A DNA stretch of 64,000 nt, taken from Sphingomonas sp. GTDB lineage: Bacteria; Pseudomonadota; Alphaproteobacteria; Sphingomonadales; Sphingomonadaceae. The stretch's first letter is position 1. Each line of letters begins with the position of its first letter. The notes under the pieces were generated by a model. It made no database searches and had not been told where the DNA came from. It saw only the letters and a program-made list of their open reading frames with translations. Location: positions 4,629 to 68,628 of the forward strand of contig NZ_JANYEK010000048.1 of the NCBI RefSeq assembly GCF_025363195.1. The letters are read 5' to 3'. A program made the translations under genes and the position numbers. Below, piece after piece: positions 1 to 10,155 of this stretch.

Positions 1-729
1 ATCGCCGAGGATCATCTGCGCATCCTGCGCTTTTTCCGCTTCCACGCCCGCTTCGGCGATGCCCCGGACGCCGATGCCCCCGACACCGATGCGCTTGCGG
101 CCTGCACCGAACGCGCCAACGATTTGATGGCCTTGTCGCGTGAACGCATTGCGGCGGAATTGCTGAAATTGCTGGTCGCGGTCCACGCCCCGCGCGTCGT
201 CGCACTGATGATAGACCACGGCATCTTCCGCCCGGTCCTGCCCGAAATCACGCAAGCCGACCGCCTCATCGCGTTGGCCGGGCGGGAGGAAGACGCCGCC
301 ATCGCACCCGATCCGGTCCGCCGCCTCGCCGCTTTGCTGCCATGCAATCCCGCCATCGCCGAGGATGTTGGCGCGCGGCTGCGCCTGTCGAACAATGATC
401 GCCGCCGCCTGATTGCCGCGACGGCGGACATCGGAAGGGAAAGCCCTGCGGTCCTGCAATATCGGCTCGGAGCGACTTTTGCCGCCGATCGCCTGCTGCT
501 TTCGGATCGCCCGATCGGGGAGGCGCAGGGTCTGGCAGCACTGATCACCCCGATCTTTCCGATCAAGGGCGGCGACCTCGTATCCCGCGGCATCGGCAGG
601 GGGCCGGACGTCGCGCGACTCCTGCGCATCGTCGAGGACCAGTGGATCGCGGAACATTTCCCCGACGCACATCGCGCCGGTCATATCGCTGATGCGGCGG
701 TCGCCCGGTGGTTGATGTCAAGCAGATAG
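1..729 (+). CDS. cca: CCA tRNA nucleotidyltransferase / poly(A) polymerase family (5' partial)
   Basis: Frame is open from base 1 and reads IAEDHLRILRFFRFHARFG (EDxLRxLR motif). Also has LSRERIAAELLKLL and C-terminal FPIKGGDL...GPDV. Confidence 0.9.
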   Translation: MAEDHLRILRFFRFHARFGDAPDADAPDTDALAACTERANDLMALSRERIAAELLKLLVAVHAPRVVALMIDHGIFRPVLPEITQADRLIALAGREEDAAIAPDPVRRLAALLPCNPAIAEDVGARLRLSNNDRRRLIAATADIGRESPAVLQYRLGATFAADRLLLSDRPIGEAQGLAALITPIFPIKGGDLVSRGIGRGPDVARLLRIVEDQWIAEHFPDAHRAGHIADAAVARWLMSSR

Positions 730-2420
730 GCGTAGGCTGCATCCGCCTCGAGCGGTCGGGCATAGGCATAACCTTGGCCGTAGGTGCAGCCCAAGGCCGC
801 CAGCGTCTGCGACAATTCGTTGGTCTCGATACCCTCGGCGGTAGTCTTCATGCCGAGGGCGGAGGCCAGGCTCAAAATCGCGCGGACGATCGCCACCTTG
901 TCGCGATCGGCGAGCATGCCGGTGATGAAGCTGCGGTCGATTTTCAGCACGTCGATCGGCAGCTTCTGCAGATAGGCGAGGTTGGAATAGCCGGTGCCGA
1001 AATCGTCCATCGCGATCGTCGTGCCCAATGCTTTCAGTGCATGCATGATGCCGGCGATGCGATCCGGATCCGTGACGAGCGCGCTCTCCGTCAATTCCAG
1101 GGTGAAACGTCGTCCCTCCAGCCCGTTGGCGGTCAGGGCGCGTTCGACCAGGATCGGAATACGGTCGCGCTGCAACTGGATCGCCGACAAATTGACCGCC
1201 AGCTTCCCACCGCAATCGCCGCCGAACTGCCTGTCCCATCCGGCCAGCGTCTTTGCCGCCTCGTCGATCGCCCAGCGCCCGAGCGGCACGATCAGCCCGG
1301 CTTCCTCGGCAACGGGGATGAAATCGGCGGGAGAATGCGCGCGGCCGTCCGCATCGGTCCAGCGTGCCAGCGACTCGAACGCGATCACGCGCCCCGTCGA
1401 AAGATCACAGATCGGCTGATAGGCCAATCGCATCTCGCCATTCTCGATCGCACGGCGCAACGCGGTTTCCATGCCGAATTGTTCGCGCGCGATATCGAAT
1501 TGCTGGGTCTGATAGGCCTCGGCCCGGCCACTGATCTTGGAGCGCTTTACGGCGAACTGGGCGTGACGAATCAATTCCTCGGCATCGTCCAGCGCCGTCG
1601 ATCCGAACGCGATACCGATCGAAACCGCCACCTTGATCTCGAAATCGGTCAGCCGGAACGGCGTAGCCAGCGCGCCTTCGATCCGCTTGGCGACATGCTG
1701 TGCGTCGCCCGGCCCGTCCTCCAGCGTCAGCAATATACCGAATTCGTCTCCCCCGGTGCGCGCAAGCACGTCGTGCGCGCGGAGCGCCCCCTTGAGGCGG
1801 CGGGCCAGCGTGATGAGCAATTCGTCCCCGGCCAATGATCCGAGACAGGCGTTAACCCGGCTGAAGCGATCGAGATCGAGCACCATCACCGCATAATGCG
1901 CGCGCTCGGTCGAATCGTTCAGCAGGCCTTCGAGCTGATCGGAGAACCCGGCCCGGTTGGGCAGGCCGGTCAGACTATCGGTCAGCATCTCGCGGCGCAT
2001 ATTGTGTTCGGTGCGCAGTTCCGAGGTATGATCGACCAGCGTGATCAGGCAGCGGCGCAGTTCGTTACGTTCGATCCGCGCCATCGTCACGCGGTAGTAA
2101 CGGCAATCGACGCTCTCGCCGAATTCCCATTCAAATTCCTCCCGCAGCGAGTCGCTATCGAGGAAGGCCGAGATGCGCGTGCCGACAAGATTAAGGAATG
2201 GTGATTGTTGGGTGGCATTACCAAGCCCGGCGAGGCGAAATCCGTCGTTATGGGCATGGAGCGAAAAGCGGCCATCGACATGCGTCACGACCGCAGCGGG
2301 AATCGGCAACAGATTGATCGTGGACGTCGCAGTCGCCGTATCCGGAGCATAGGGCACCGGGCCGTCCGTGGGCACGGGCAGCATCTTCCGAAACAGACTA
2401 AGTGGCTTTGTTGTCCCCAT
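681..2420 (-). CDS. Diguanylate cyclase/phosphodiesterase (GGDEF-EAL)
   Basis: DSLTGLPNR, RAHD I-site five residues before GGDEF, ESLAR, DDFGTGYS, LKIDRSF, AEGIE, QGY. Confidence 0.95.
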   Translation of the reverse strand: MGTTKPLSLFRKMLPVPTDGPVPYAPDTATATSTINLLPIPAAVVTHVDGRFSLHAHNDGFRLAGLGNATQQSPFLNLVGTRISAFLDSDSLREEFEWEFGESVDCRYYRVTMARIERNELRRCLITLVDHTSELRTEHNMRREMLTDSLTGLPNRAGFSDQLEGLLNDSTERAHYAVMVLDLDRFSRVNACLGSLAGDELLITLARRLKGALRAHDVLARTGGDEFGILLTLEDGPGDAQHVAKRIEGALATPFRLTDFEIKVAVSIGIAFGSTALDDAEELIRHAQFAVKRSKISGRAEAYQTQQFDIAREQFGMETALRRAIENGEMRLAYQPICDLSTGRVIAFESLARWTDADGRAHSPADFIPVAEEAGLIVPLGRWAIDEAAKTLAGWDRQFGGDCGGKLAVNLSAIQLQRDRIPILVERALTANGLEGRRFTLELTESALVTDPDRIAGIMHALKALGTTIAMDDFGTGYSNLAYLQKLPIDVLKIDRSFITGMLADRDKVAIVRAILSLASALGMKTTAEGIETNELSQTLAALGCTYGQGYAYARPLEADAAYAYLLDINHRATAASAI

Positions 2421-2537
2421 TGCAGAACACGGGTAGCGCCATTTCGTTAAAGTACGCTGAAGCCCGGATTATTTCTTACAAGTTACAATTTGCCACCGGT
2501 CGACCGGCGTTGCTGCTGCATCCGGTGGCGGGAACCG

Positions 2538-4793
2538 TCAGAATTTGTTGTCACGCGGGAACCCGGTCGGCGGCATTCGCCCCGCCGCACCCCGCGCGGC
2601 GCGCCACTGCGTCAGATCGGTTTCGGTCCGCGTCCGCCCCGTTTCGCCGCCCATCGTCCAGCTTAAGCCGTCGGCGAACAGGAAGGTGACCGCATCGGAA
2701 AGTCCGCCATCGCCATAACGCTGCAACTGCACCCCCTGCCCCTTGGACAATTCGGCCAGTTCGGACAGCGGGAACACCAGCAAGCGGCGATTGTCGCCGA
2801 TCGCCGCCACGTAATCGGCATTGGGGTCGACCGGTCGCACGATCTTCAGTTTTGCCCCGGGGCGCGGTGTGACGACCGTCTTGCCCTTCCGCGTCTCGGC
2901 GATCGTATCTGCGGCCTGCACGACGAAACCGCGCCCGTCGCTCGCCGCAACCAGCAGCTTCTTCGCGCTGCTCGCCGGCAGAAGCGCGACGATGCCGACC
3001 TCGCCATCCAGGTCGATCATCAACCGCACGGGCTCGCCAAAGCCGCGACCGCCGGGCAATTTATCCGCACCAAGTGTATAGAATCGCCCGTTTTCTGCCG
3101 CCAGCAAAATCTTGTCGGTGGTCTGCGCGGGAAAGGCGAACATCGGCCCGTCACCTTCCTTGAACTTCAGCGCGATTATCGCCGCCTCGTCGGCATGCCC
3201 CTTCATTGCCCGGATCCACCCGCGTTCGGACAGGATCACCGTGATCGGCTCGCGCTCGATCATCAGTTCCAGCGGAATTTCGCGCATCGGTGCCGCCTCG
3301 GCGATAGTCGTGCGTCGCTTGCCCAGCGGAGTTTCCGGACCATAGCGCTCGCGCAGTTTCGCCATATCCTTTTTCAGCCGCGTACGCTGCCGCGCCTCGC
3401 TGCCTAGCAACCCCTCCAGCGATGACTTCTCCGCTTCCAGCCCCGCGCGCTCCTTGCGAATCTGCATCTCTTCCAATTTGCGCAGGCGGCGCAGGCGCAT
3501 GTCGAGAATCGCCTCGGCCTGCCGATCGGTCAGGCCGAATTCAGCGATCATGATCGGCTTGGGCTCGTCCTCCTGACGGATGATCTCGATCACGCGGTCG
3601 AGATTGAGGTACGCGATCAGATAGCCGTCGAGCAGTTCGACGCGGTCGGCTATCTTGTCGAGCCGATATTGCGAGCGCCGCTGCAACACGACGAATTGGT
3701 GTTCGACCCAACCCTTCAACGCCTCGCGCAAGCTCAAAACGCGCGGTGTGCGCGTCTTGTCGAGCACGTTGAGGTTCAGGCTAACGCGGTTCTCCAGGTC
3801 GCTGAGACGGAACAGGCTTTCCATCAGCATGTCGGCATCGACGGTGCGGCTGCGCGGCTCGATCACGATACGGATCGCGCTGTCGGATTCGTCACGCACG
3901 TCGGCGAGAATCGGCAGCTTCTTGTCGTTGATCAGGCCGGCGATCTGCTCGATCAACTTGCCCTTCTGCACCCCATACGGAATTTCCGTGACCACCGCAT
4001 TCCAGGTACCCCCCTTCTCGCGCTCGATCGACCATCGCGCACGCACGCGGAAACCGCCCCGCCCGGTCGCATAGGCTTCGGCAATCGACGCCGGGGAATC
4101 CACCACCAGCCCCCCGGTCGGGAAATCCGGCCCCTTCACATGCTCCAGCATCTGCGCATCCGTCGCATCCGGCTGATCGATCAGCAGGATCGCGGCGTCG
4201 AACAGTTCGGCGGCGTTGTGCGGTGGAATACTCGTCGCCATACCCACCGCGATGCCCGCCGCGCCATTGGCCAGCAGGTTTGGGAACAGGCCCGGAAACA
4301 ATTCCGGTTCATGATCCTCGTTATTATAGGTCGGGCGGTAATCGACGGCGTTCTCGTCGAGCCCGTCCATCATGTCGATCGCGACCTGTGTCAGCCGCGC
4401 TTCTGTGTAGCGATAGGCCGCTGCGTTATCGCCGTCGATATTGCCGAAATTGCCCTGCCCGTCGACCAGCGGATAGCGCATCGCAAAATCCTGCGCGAGG
4501 CGCACCATCGCATCATATACCGACTGGTCGCCATGCGGGTGATACTTGCCGATCACGTCACCAACGACGCGCGCGCATTTCTTATACCCTTGCGCCGGAT
4601 CCAGTTTCAGCAGCCGCATCGCCCATAACAGGCGGCGATGCACCGGCTTCAATCCGTCGCGCACATTGGGCAGCGACCGCGCCGTGATCGTCGAGAGCGC
4701 ATAGACGAGATACCGGTCGCTCAGCGCGCTGTCGAACGGGGCATCCACGATTGCATTGAAGGGGTCTTCGGGATCTTTGACGTCTGTCGGCAT
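2538..4793 (-). CDS. parC: DNA topoisomerase IV subunit A
   Basis: [18 protein letters not shown] and [11 protein letters not shown]. 751 aa with a short CTD and no GyrA box. Confidence 0.95.
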   Translation of the reverse strand: MPTDVKDPEDPFNAIVDAPFDSALSDRYLVYALSTITARSLPNVRDGLKPVHRRLLWAMRLLKLDPAQGYKKCARVVGDVIGKYHPHGDQSVYDAMVRLAQDFAMRYPLVDGQGNFGNIDGDNAAAYRYTEARLTQVAIDMMDGLDENAVDYRPTYNNEDHEPELFPGLFPNLLANGAAGIAVGMATSIPPHNAAELFDAAILLIDQPDATDAQMLEHVKGPDFPTGGLVVDSPASIAEAYATGRGGFRVRARWSIEREKGGTWNAVVTEIPYGVQKGKLIEQIAGLINDKKLPILADVRDESDSAIRIVIEPRSRTVDADMLMESLFRLSDLENRVSLNLNVLDKTRTPRVLSLREALKGWVEHQFVVLQRRSQYRLDKIADRVELLDGYLIAYLNLDRVIEIIRQEDEPKPIMIAEFGLTDRQAEAILDMRLRRLRKLEEMQIRKERAGLEAEKSSLEGLLGSEARQRTRLKKDMAKLRERYGPETPLGKRRTTIAEAAPMREIPLELMIEREPITVILSERGWIRAMKGHADEAAIIALKFKEGDGPMFAFPAQTTDKILLAAENGRFYTLGADKLPGGRGFGEPVRLMIDLDGEVGIVALLPASSAKKLLVAASDGRGFVVQAADTIAETRKGKTVVTPRPGAKLKIVRPVDPNADYVAAIGDNRRLLVFPLSELAELSKGQGVQLQRYGDGGLSDAVTFLFADGLSWTMGGETGRTRTETDLTQWRAARGAAGRMPPTGFPRDNKF

Positions 4794-4823
4794 GAAAACT
4801 GCCTAGCAGGCGTCACGGCTCGA

Positions 4824-6032
4824 TCAAAGCATGCCGGTGGCCATTCTGGACGACGCGCGCCGCCGATGGTTGGCCACCGCATCGGTCAGCAAGCGATGGT
4901 GCTGCCGTCCGGTATCATGCCAATTGAAAGTCTCGGCATAAGCCCTTGTTTCCGAACGATCGGGTGGGCTGGCAATCAGCTTCGCGATGCCCTTGGCGAT
5001 CGCCGCGTCGGAGCGATCGGCGGTCAGCACCCCAGCCGCGGCCCGGCTGACCACCTCGGGCGATCCCCAGACCGGAGTCGCGACCAACGGCGTGCCGCAG
5101 GCGAGCGCCTCCAATAAAACGTTTGAAATCCCCTCCCGCTCCGAACAATTCGCCACCACATCCGCCGCGCCGTACAGTTCGGCCAGCGAATCCTGATCGA
5201 CATGGCCGAGAAAATCGATCCGGTCGCGCACCCCGAGCGATTCGGCCAGCGCCTTTAGCGCGATCTCGCACGGCCCTGTGCCCGCAATCATCAGCCGCAC
5301 GTCCGGCAATCGCGCGATAGCCCGGATCGCAAGATCGATGCCTTTATTGTCAACCAGATAGCCGACACACATGACAGTCGGTGCGACCATTTCCAGCTTC
5401 GCCCGCGACGCCAACCGATCAACCGGCGGGCTGAACAGGTCGAGATCGACCCCATGCAACACCACACTGATCGTGTCGGACCGCGCACCCAGCGTGACCA
5501 ATCGATCGCGCAGCGCCCCAGCCACGGTCGTCACCACGGCCGCCTTGCGCACAGCCGACAGGATCATGTGTCGCGCGGGTGTCGAGTCAGGAATCTGCGT
5601 CACATCGCTGCCCAGCGCCGTCATCGCATACGGCACGTCAAACCATTTCGCGAGCAACGCCGCCGCCACGCCATCGGGATAGAAATAATAGGAATCGATC
5701 ACGTCGAAATCGAATTCGCGCCGCAACTTCGCAATGCGCGGATACAGCCATGCGGCCATCAGGAAAGGCGCGAGCGTCATGCCGAGCTTGGGAATCGCCG
5801 GATACCGCGGATAATCGACCCCCACCCCGCGCCGCTCTGCCGAGTGCGGGATTCGCGCCAGCGTCGCATATTGGCCGAATTTCGGGTTGCTGCTGGGAAA
5901 CCACGGCACCGGTGTGACGACACGAATCTCATCCCCTGCACGCGCCAGATGTGCCACGCGGTGTTCGATGAAGATGCCGTGCCGCGGCTGCATCTCATTC
6001 GGATAGAGACTGGATAGGACCAGGATCTTCAA
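4824..6032 (-). CDS. Glycosyltransferase family 4 (TuaC-like)
   Basis: ILVLSSLYP, YPDG and EGISNVLLEALACGTP (ExxxxxxxE) motifs. TTG start with AGGA upstream. Confidence 0.88.
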   Translation of the reverse strand: MKILVLSSLYPNEMQPRHGIFIEHRVAHLARAGDEIRVVTPVPWFPSSNPKFGQYATLARIPHSAERRGVGVDYPRYPAIPKLGMTLAPFLMAAWLYPRIAKLRREFDFDVIDSYYFYPDGVAAALLAKWFDVPYAMTALGSDVTQIPDSTPARHMILSAVRKAAVVTTVAGALRDRLVTLGARSDTISVVLHGVDLDLFSPPVDRLASRAKLEMVAPTVMCVGYLVDNKGIDLAIRAIARLPDVRLMIAGTGPCEIALKALAESLGVRDRIDFLGHVDQDSLAELYGAADVVANCSEREGISNVLLEALACGTPLVATPVWGSPEVVSRAAAGVLTADRSDAAIAKGIAKLIASPPDRSETRAYAETFNWHDTGRQHHRLLTDAVANHRRRASSRMATGML

Positions 6033-6266
6033 CGTCGTTCATTCCTGCACGCGGTCTCGAGCCAAGCGATAGCCCGGATCGCAATAAATTTGGATTAAGG
6101 ACCTCGCGCCCGTCGCCCGGGCACTTATCCCTTCAATCGCCCGCGCTGCTTCGTCCCCCCGCGGAGACGGGGCCCAGCCTGGTCTCTCGCTTTCGCTGGA
6201 GAACAGGAAACTTGGCAAGATGACGGTGGGTTTCTCGATCCAGCAACCTCCCCTATGCAGCAAAGC

Positions 6267-7199
6267 ATGCGCTTCGTATTCCCGATCCTCGCCCTCCTCC
6301 CAATCCTCGCCCTCCTGATGCCGATCGCCGCCATGAGCATGCCCGCCGATGCCCCGAAGTTGCTGACTTGGCCGGACCTGACCAAGCGCGAGCAACCCAA
6401 GCCCGACGCCACAATCGCTTACGGCGAGGATAATCTGCAGAAGGTTGATGTCTGGCTGCCCGCCGATGCCGATCGCAAAGGCAAATCCTTCCCCACCGTG
6501 CTGATGGTGCATGGCGGCTGCTGGACGACCAGTATCGCCGATCGTAGCCTGATGAACTGGATCGCCGACGATCTGCGCAAAAGTGGTATTGCGGTCTGGA
6601 ATATCGACTATCGCGGCGTGGACCGAACCGGCGGCGGCTATCCCGGCACGTTCCACGATGCGGCCCACGCGGCGGACGCACTGAAGGCCAATGCCGCCAA
6701 ATACCATCTCGACACCAGGCATATCGTCGCGGTGGGCCATTCGGCGGGCGGACATCTGGCCTTGTGGCTCGCCGGGCGCGGCAAGCTCCCCAAAACCAGC
6801 CCGCTCTACGGCACGAAACCGCTGAAGATCGCCCATGTCATCAGCCTCGGCGGCTTGCCCGATCTGGAGGCGACCGTGGCCAGCCCTGACAATGGCTGCG
6901 GCGTCGCGGTCGTCGCCCAACTGGTCGGCACCCCCTCGCCAAAGCGCAATGATGTCTACGCCGACACCTCCGTCCCCCGACTCCTACCGCTCCACGTGCC
7001 GCAGGATCTGGTCAACGGGGCCGAGGACCGCATCATCCCACTCCGCCTCGGCACCGGCTATGAAGCCCAGGCGAAGAAAGCCGGCGACCGCATCGCGCTG
7101 CACGTCGTGCCCGCCACCGGCCACGTCGAACTCATCGCCCCGGAAAGCGCGGCGTGGGCGGAAAGCAAGCGACTCATCAACGCTGCTTTGAAGCGGTAG
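6267..7199 (+). CDS. Secreted alpha/beta hydrolase (esterase/lipase)
   Basis: Signal peptide, HGGCW oxyanion motif, GHSAGG nucleophile, downstream D and H. Confidence 0.88.
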   Translation: MRFVFPILALLPILALLMPIAAMSMPADAPKLLTWPDLTKREQPKPDATIAYGEDNLQKVDVWLPADADRKGKSFPTVLMVHGGCWTTSIADRSLMNWIADDLRKSGIAVWNIDYRGVDRTGGGYPGTFHDAAHAADALKANAAKYHLDTRHIVAVGHSAGGHLALWLAGRGKLPKTSPLYGTKPLKIAHVISLGGLPDLEATVASPDNGCGVAVVAQLVGTPSPKRNDVYADTSVPRLLPLHVPQDLVNGAEDRIIPLRLGTGYEAQAKKAGDRIALHVVPATGHVELIAPESAAWAESKRLINAALKR

Positions 7200-7307
7200 C
7201 CAAGCATAATTGCGCGCAGGCAATGCTTTCGATATAGCTCCCCTCATCCCGCCCCGGCCCTGCGAATCCCGCTTGGCCGGGGCGATTCTTTCAAGGGGTA
7301 TTGCCGC

Positions 7308-8087
7308 ATGGCCCGCCGCCGCCAGATCTACGAAGGCAAGGCCAAGATCCTTTATGAGGGTCCGGAGCCGGGAACGCTGATCCAGTATTTCAAGGACGAC
7401 GCCACCGCCTTCAACGCGCAGAAGAAGGGCACGATCAGCGGCAAGGGCGTGCTCAACAACCGCATCAGCGAGCATGTGTTTACCCTGCTCGGGCTGATCG
7501 GCGTGCCGACGCATTTCATCCGCCGCCTCAACATGCGCGAACAGTTGATCCGCCAGGTCGAGATCGTGCCGATCGAGGTGGTGATCCGCAACGTCGCGGC
7601 GGGTTCGCTCAGCACGCGCCTCGGGATCGAGGAAGGCACGCAGCTGCCGCGCACGATCATCGAATATTATTACAAGGACGATGCGCTCGGCGATCCGATG
7701 ATCACCGACGAACATATCGCCGCGTTCGGCTGGGCCAGCCAAGAGGAGATGCACGACATCGCCGACCTCGCGATCCGCGTGAACGATTTCCTGTGCGGCA
7801 TGTTCGCTGCGGTCGGCATCCGACTGATCGACTTCAAGCTCGAATTCGGTCGGCTGTGGGATAACGATTACGCCCGCATCATCCTGGCCGACGAAATCAG
7901 CCCGGACGGCTGCCGTCTGTGGGACATGCAGACCAACGAAAAGCTCGACAAGGATCGCTTCCGCCGCGACTTGGGTGGTGAAGTGGAGGCCTATCAGGAG
8001 GTCGCCCGCCGCCTCGGTCTGTTGCCCGAGGGCGCGGACAATGCGGTGCTCGATCTTGAAAAACATCGCAAGAGCAAGGGCAAGTAA
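7308..8087 (+). CDS. purC: SAICAR synthetase
   Basis: [36 protein letters not shown]. Confidence 0.97.
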   Translation: MARRRQIYEGKAKILYEGPEPGTLIQYFKDDATAFNAQKKGTISGKGVLNNRISEHVFTLLGLIGVPTHFIRRLNMREQLIRQVEIVPIEVVIRNVAAGSLSTRLGIEEGTQLPRTIIEYYYKDDALGDPMITDEHIAAFGWASQEEMHDIADLAIRVNDFLCGMFAAVGIRLIDFKLEFGRLWDNDYARIILADEISPDGCRLWDMQTNEKLDKDRFRRDLGGEVEAYQEVARRLGLLPEGADNAVLDLEKHRKSKGK

Positions 8088-8090
8088 GCC

Positions 8091-8381
8091 ATGAAACTGC
8101 GCATCATCGTCACCCTGAAACCCGGCGTGCTCGATCCGCAAGGCAAGGCGATCCACAAGGCGCTGGACGGTCTTGGCTTTGCCGGGGTCGAGGATGTGCG
8201 GCAGGGCAAGCTGATCGAACTCGACGTCGCCGACGACACGACCGATGCGAGCATCGACGAAATGTGCCGCAAGCTGCTCGCCAATACGGTGATCGAGAAT
8301 TATCGGATCGAACGGGCATCGCCGGAAAAAGTGGAAACCGGTTTTTCATCGGGCGATGCGACCACAAAGGCCCAGTCATGA
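8091..8381 (+). CDS. purS: FGAM synthase subunit PurS with a repeat-derived C-terminal extension
   Basis: [12 protein letters not shown] and [10 protein letters not shown], located between purC and purQ. Confidence 0.95.
   Translation: MKLRIIVTLKPGVLDPQGKAIHKALDGLGFAGVEDVRQGKLIELDVADDTTDASIDEMCRKLLANTVIENYRIERASPEKVETGFSSGDATTKAQS
8316..8359. repeat. Palindromic element inside the purS 3' end
   Basis: GCATCGCC...GGCGATGC arms flank GAAAAAGTGGAAACCGGTTTTTC, resembling the AAGTGGnnACCGGTT-core palindromes of alphaproteobacteria. Confidence 0.75.
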
Positions 8382-9046
8382 AGTCCGCGGTCATCGTTTT
8401 TCCGGGGTCGAACTGCGACCGGGATCTCGCGGTGGCGATCCGTGATGTGGGTGGCATCGCCCCCGTGATGGTCTGGCACGGCGACACCGAATTGCCCGAG
8501 GGTCTCGACCTGATCGGCGTCCCCGGCGGTTTTTCCTACGGCGATTATCTGCGCTCCGGCGCCATGGCGGCCCGATCGCCGATTATGCGCGCGGTAAGCC
8601 AGGCTGCCGAACGTGGCGTTGCGGTGCTTGGCGTATGTAACGGCTTTCAGGTGCTGACCGAAGCTGGGCTGCTGCCCGGCGCCCTGATGCGTAATGCCGG
8701 AATCGATTTCGTCTGCCGCGACGTGCCGTTGGTAGTCGAGGACGCACAGAGCATCTTCACGAGTCGCTATGCGCAGGGTCAGACGATCTCGATCCCCGTC
8801 GCGCATCATGATGGCAATTACTTCGCCGACGCTGCGACGCTTGATCGGCTGGAAGGCGAAGGCCGGGTTGCGTTCCGCTATGCCGGCCCGGTCAACGGAT
8901 CGGCCCGTAACATCGCCGGGTTGCTCAACGCCGCCGGCAATGTGCTCGGCATGATGCCGCACCCGGAACGCCGCATCGAGGCTGCGCATGGCGGCAGCGA
9001 CGGGCGCGGCCTGTTGGAGGGCCTGCTGGAATTGGTCGCAGCGTAA
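8378..9046 (+). CDS. purQ: FGAM synthase glutaminase subunit PurQ
   Basis: [36 protein letters not shown] overlap with the purS stop. Confidence 0.97.
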   Translation: MKSAVIVFPGSNCDRDLAVAIRDVGGIAPVMVWHGDTELPEGLDLIGVPGGFSYGDYLRSGAMAARSPIMRAVSQAAERGVAVLGVCNGFQVLTEAGLLPGALMRNAGIDFVCRDVPLVVEDAQSIFTSRYAQGQTISIPVAHHDGNYFADAATLDRLEGEGRVAFRYAGPVNGSARNIAGLLNAAGNVLGMMPHPERRIEAAHGGSDGRGLLEGLLELVAA

Positions 9047-9187
9047 CGCCCGCCGAACGTCCGCGTTCGCCACCCGCGCCGCCGCCACCCGAACAGCTTC
9101 AGCGCGACATACATGTCAGCGCATTCTCGGCATCCTCGGTGGGATGCACGGGCTGCTGCAGCCAGAATTTGACCGTTTGGAGCGCGC

Positions 9188-9916
9188 TCACACGCGCGCC
9201 CGGAACGGCGTGAAATCCGTGCCCTCATCAAACACGTCAAGCCCCTCGCGGCGCTTCAGGAAACCGACCACCAGATAGGTCAGCGGGGTCAACACCACTT
9301 CCCAACTGACCTTCAGCACCCATTGCGTAACCAGCACCTTCAGCACCAGATCGGTCGTCCACCCCTCGGCGCCCCAGAAAGCGAGCGGGTAGAAGATCAG
9401 ACTGTCCACGCCCTGCCCGGCAACAGTCGACCCGATGGTGCGCGTCCACAGATGTTTGCCGCCGGTCCACACTTTCATCCTGGCGAGCACATAGGAATTG
9501 ACGAACTCGCCGACCCAAAAGGCGCACAAGGAGGCGAAGACAATGCGCGGCACCTGCCCGAAAACGGTCTCATACGCCGCCTGATTGCCCCAGTCCGGCG
9601 CGGGCGGCAGCTTCACCACGACCCAGGACATGAACGCCATGAATAGCACCGCGACCGACCCGGCCCAGATCACCCGCCGCGCCCGCGCGTAACCATATAC
9701 CTCGGTCAGCACGTCGCCGATGACATAGGAAATCGGGAAAAACAGGATACCCGCGCCGAACGGCCAATAGCCCACGCCAGGCAGCCAGATTTGCGCCACC
9801 TTGCCCGCACCGATCACGTTCGACAGCAGGATGATCGCGACGAAGGCGGCCATTACGAAATCGAAATAGCGCAAATTCGCATTTGTCAGGTCTCGCGCGT
9901 TGATCGGTGCCGGCAT
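9188..9916 (-). CDS. Queuosine precursor transporter (YhhQ/DUF165, VUT family)
   Basis: FPISYVIGDVLTEVYG, RIVFASL, GEFVNSY and RTIGST...QGVDS in a multi-TM protein. Confidence 0.88.
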   Translation of the reverse strand: MPAPINARDLTNANLRYFDFVMAAFVAIILLSNVIGAGKVAQIWLPGVGYWPFGAGILFFPISYVIGDVLTEVYGYARARRVIWAGSVAVLFMAFMSWVVVKLPPAPDWGNQAAYETVFGQVPRIVFASLCAFWVGEFVNSYVLARMKVWTGGKHLWTRTIGSTVAGQGVDSLIFYPLAFWGAEGWTTDLVLKVLVTQWVLKVSWEVVLTPLTYLVVGFLKRREGLDVFDEGTDFTPFRARV

Positions 9917-9997
9917 ATCGCGTTCCCCTCGGTCGTCGGCCGAGACTATGAAGCCGGTTTCGCGAGGCCGCAATCCGCGCTAAACAACCATCCGTGC

Positions 9998-10074
9998 GCG
10001 CCCGTAGCTCAGTTGGATAGAGCAAGGAGCTTCTACCTCCTCGGTCGGGGGTTCGACTCCCTCCGGGCGCGCCA
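9998..10074 (+). tRNA. tRNA-Arg (anticodon TCT)
   Basis: Acceptor stem GCGCCCG/CGGGCGC, anticodon arm AGGAG-CTTCTAC-CTCCT, T-loop GTTCGAC, encoded CCA. 77 nt. Confidence 0.96.
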
Positions 10075-10155
10075 TTGTGTCACGCCTATCTTTGAAGGGT
10101 TCGAACTTGCGTTCGTTGGGCGCGCCATCCTTTTCCCGTCCGGAGACTGCCGCCG

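Noticed and set aside
9917-9997. preQ1 riboswitch upstream of the queuosine precursor transporter
   Set aside because: No recognisable preQ1 stem-loop or A-rich tail. The 80-bp gap mostly serves divergent promoters.
9998-10155. tRNA-Arg as an integration site
   Set aside because: No integrase and no duplicated tRNA 3' end seen downstream.
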